Below are positions 35,999 to 36,052 of a DNA stretch of 36,052 nucleotides, piece by piece (position 1 is the stretch's first letter; the number at the start of each line of letters is the position of its first letter). A program made the translations under genes and the position numbers. The stretch covers positions 1-36,052 of the IMG/VR virus record IMGVR_UViG_3300027874_000023; one strand, written 5' to 3'. Below the pieces are notes generated by a model. That model was not told the origin of the DNA. It worked only from the letters and a program-made list of their open reading frames with translations, and did no database searches. This stretch comes from a virus. Taxonomy: Duplodnaviria > Caudoviricetes.

Positions 35999-36052
35999 AT
36001 GAGCACGATCCAGAAGGGCACCGTCTCCACGACGGAAGTCCTTCAGGACTCG
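35999..36052 (+). CDS. Probable major capsid protein, 5' fragment
   Basis: SD GAAAGGAG then MSTIQKGTVSTTEVLQD; assigned by synteny only. Confidence 0.5.
   Translation, partial: MSTIQKGTVSTTEVLQDS

Overview
This GC-rich window is most of a tailed-phage genome with podovirus-like architecture. A high-GC Gram-positive (actinobacterial-type) host is inferred, not shown. The + strand at 1-9.5 kb encodes virion/ejection proteins, including a 2398-aa polyvalent-type protein and a two-domain cell-wall hydrolase. The - strand at 9.6-15.3 kb holds a replication/recombination block: HNH, PD-(D/E)XK nuclease, putative SSB, AAA_25 helicase and a candidate origin. The - strand at 16.0-23.4 kb is a presumed early operon of small genes. 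The + strand at 23.9-36 kb encodes a TerS-like protein, small genes, RusA, an amidase endolysin, tiny basic proteins, TerL, portal, scaffold and the start of the probable major capsid gene. No integrase, DNA polymerase, tRNA or CRISPR array was seen. The most striking structure is in the early operon: 16 copies of a punctuation unit that reads on the mRNA as stop codon, sequence-variable hairpin, CGUCAGUCAACCC, Shine-Dalgarno, start codon. The hairpins carry UNCG/GNRA tetraloops and G-U pairs only when read on the mRNA strand, so they appear selected as RNA. Split, empty and opposite-strand variants also occur. This suggests a possibly undescribed RNA-level, cassette-like expression or processing system. 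All protein calls come from motif recognition by eye; no searches were run.
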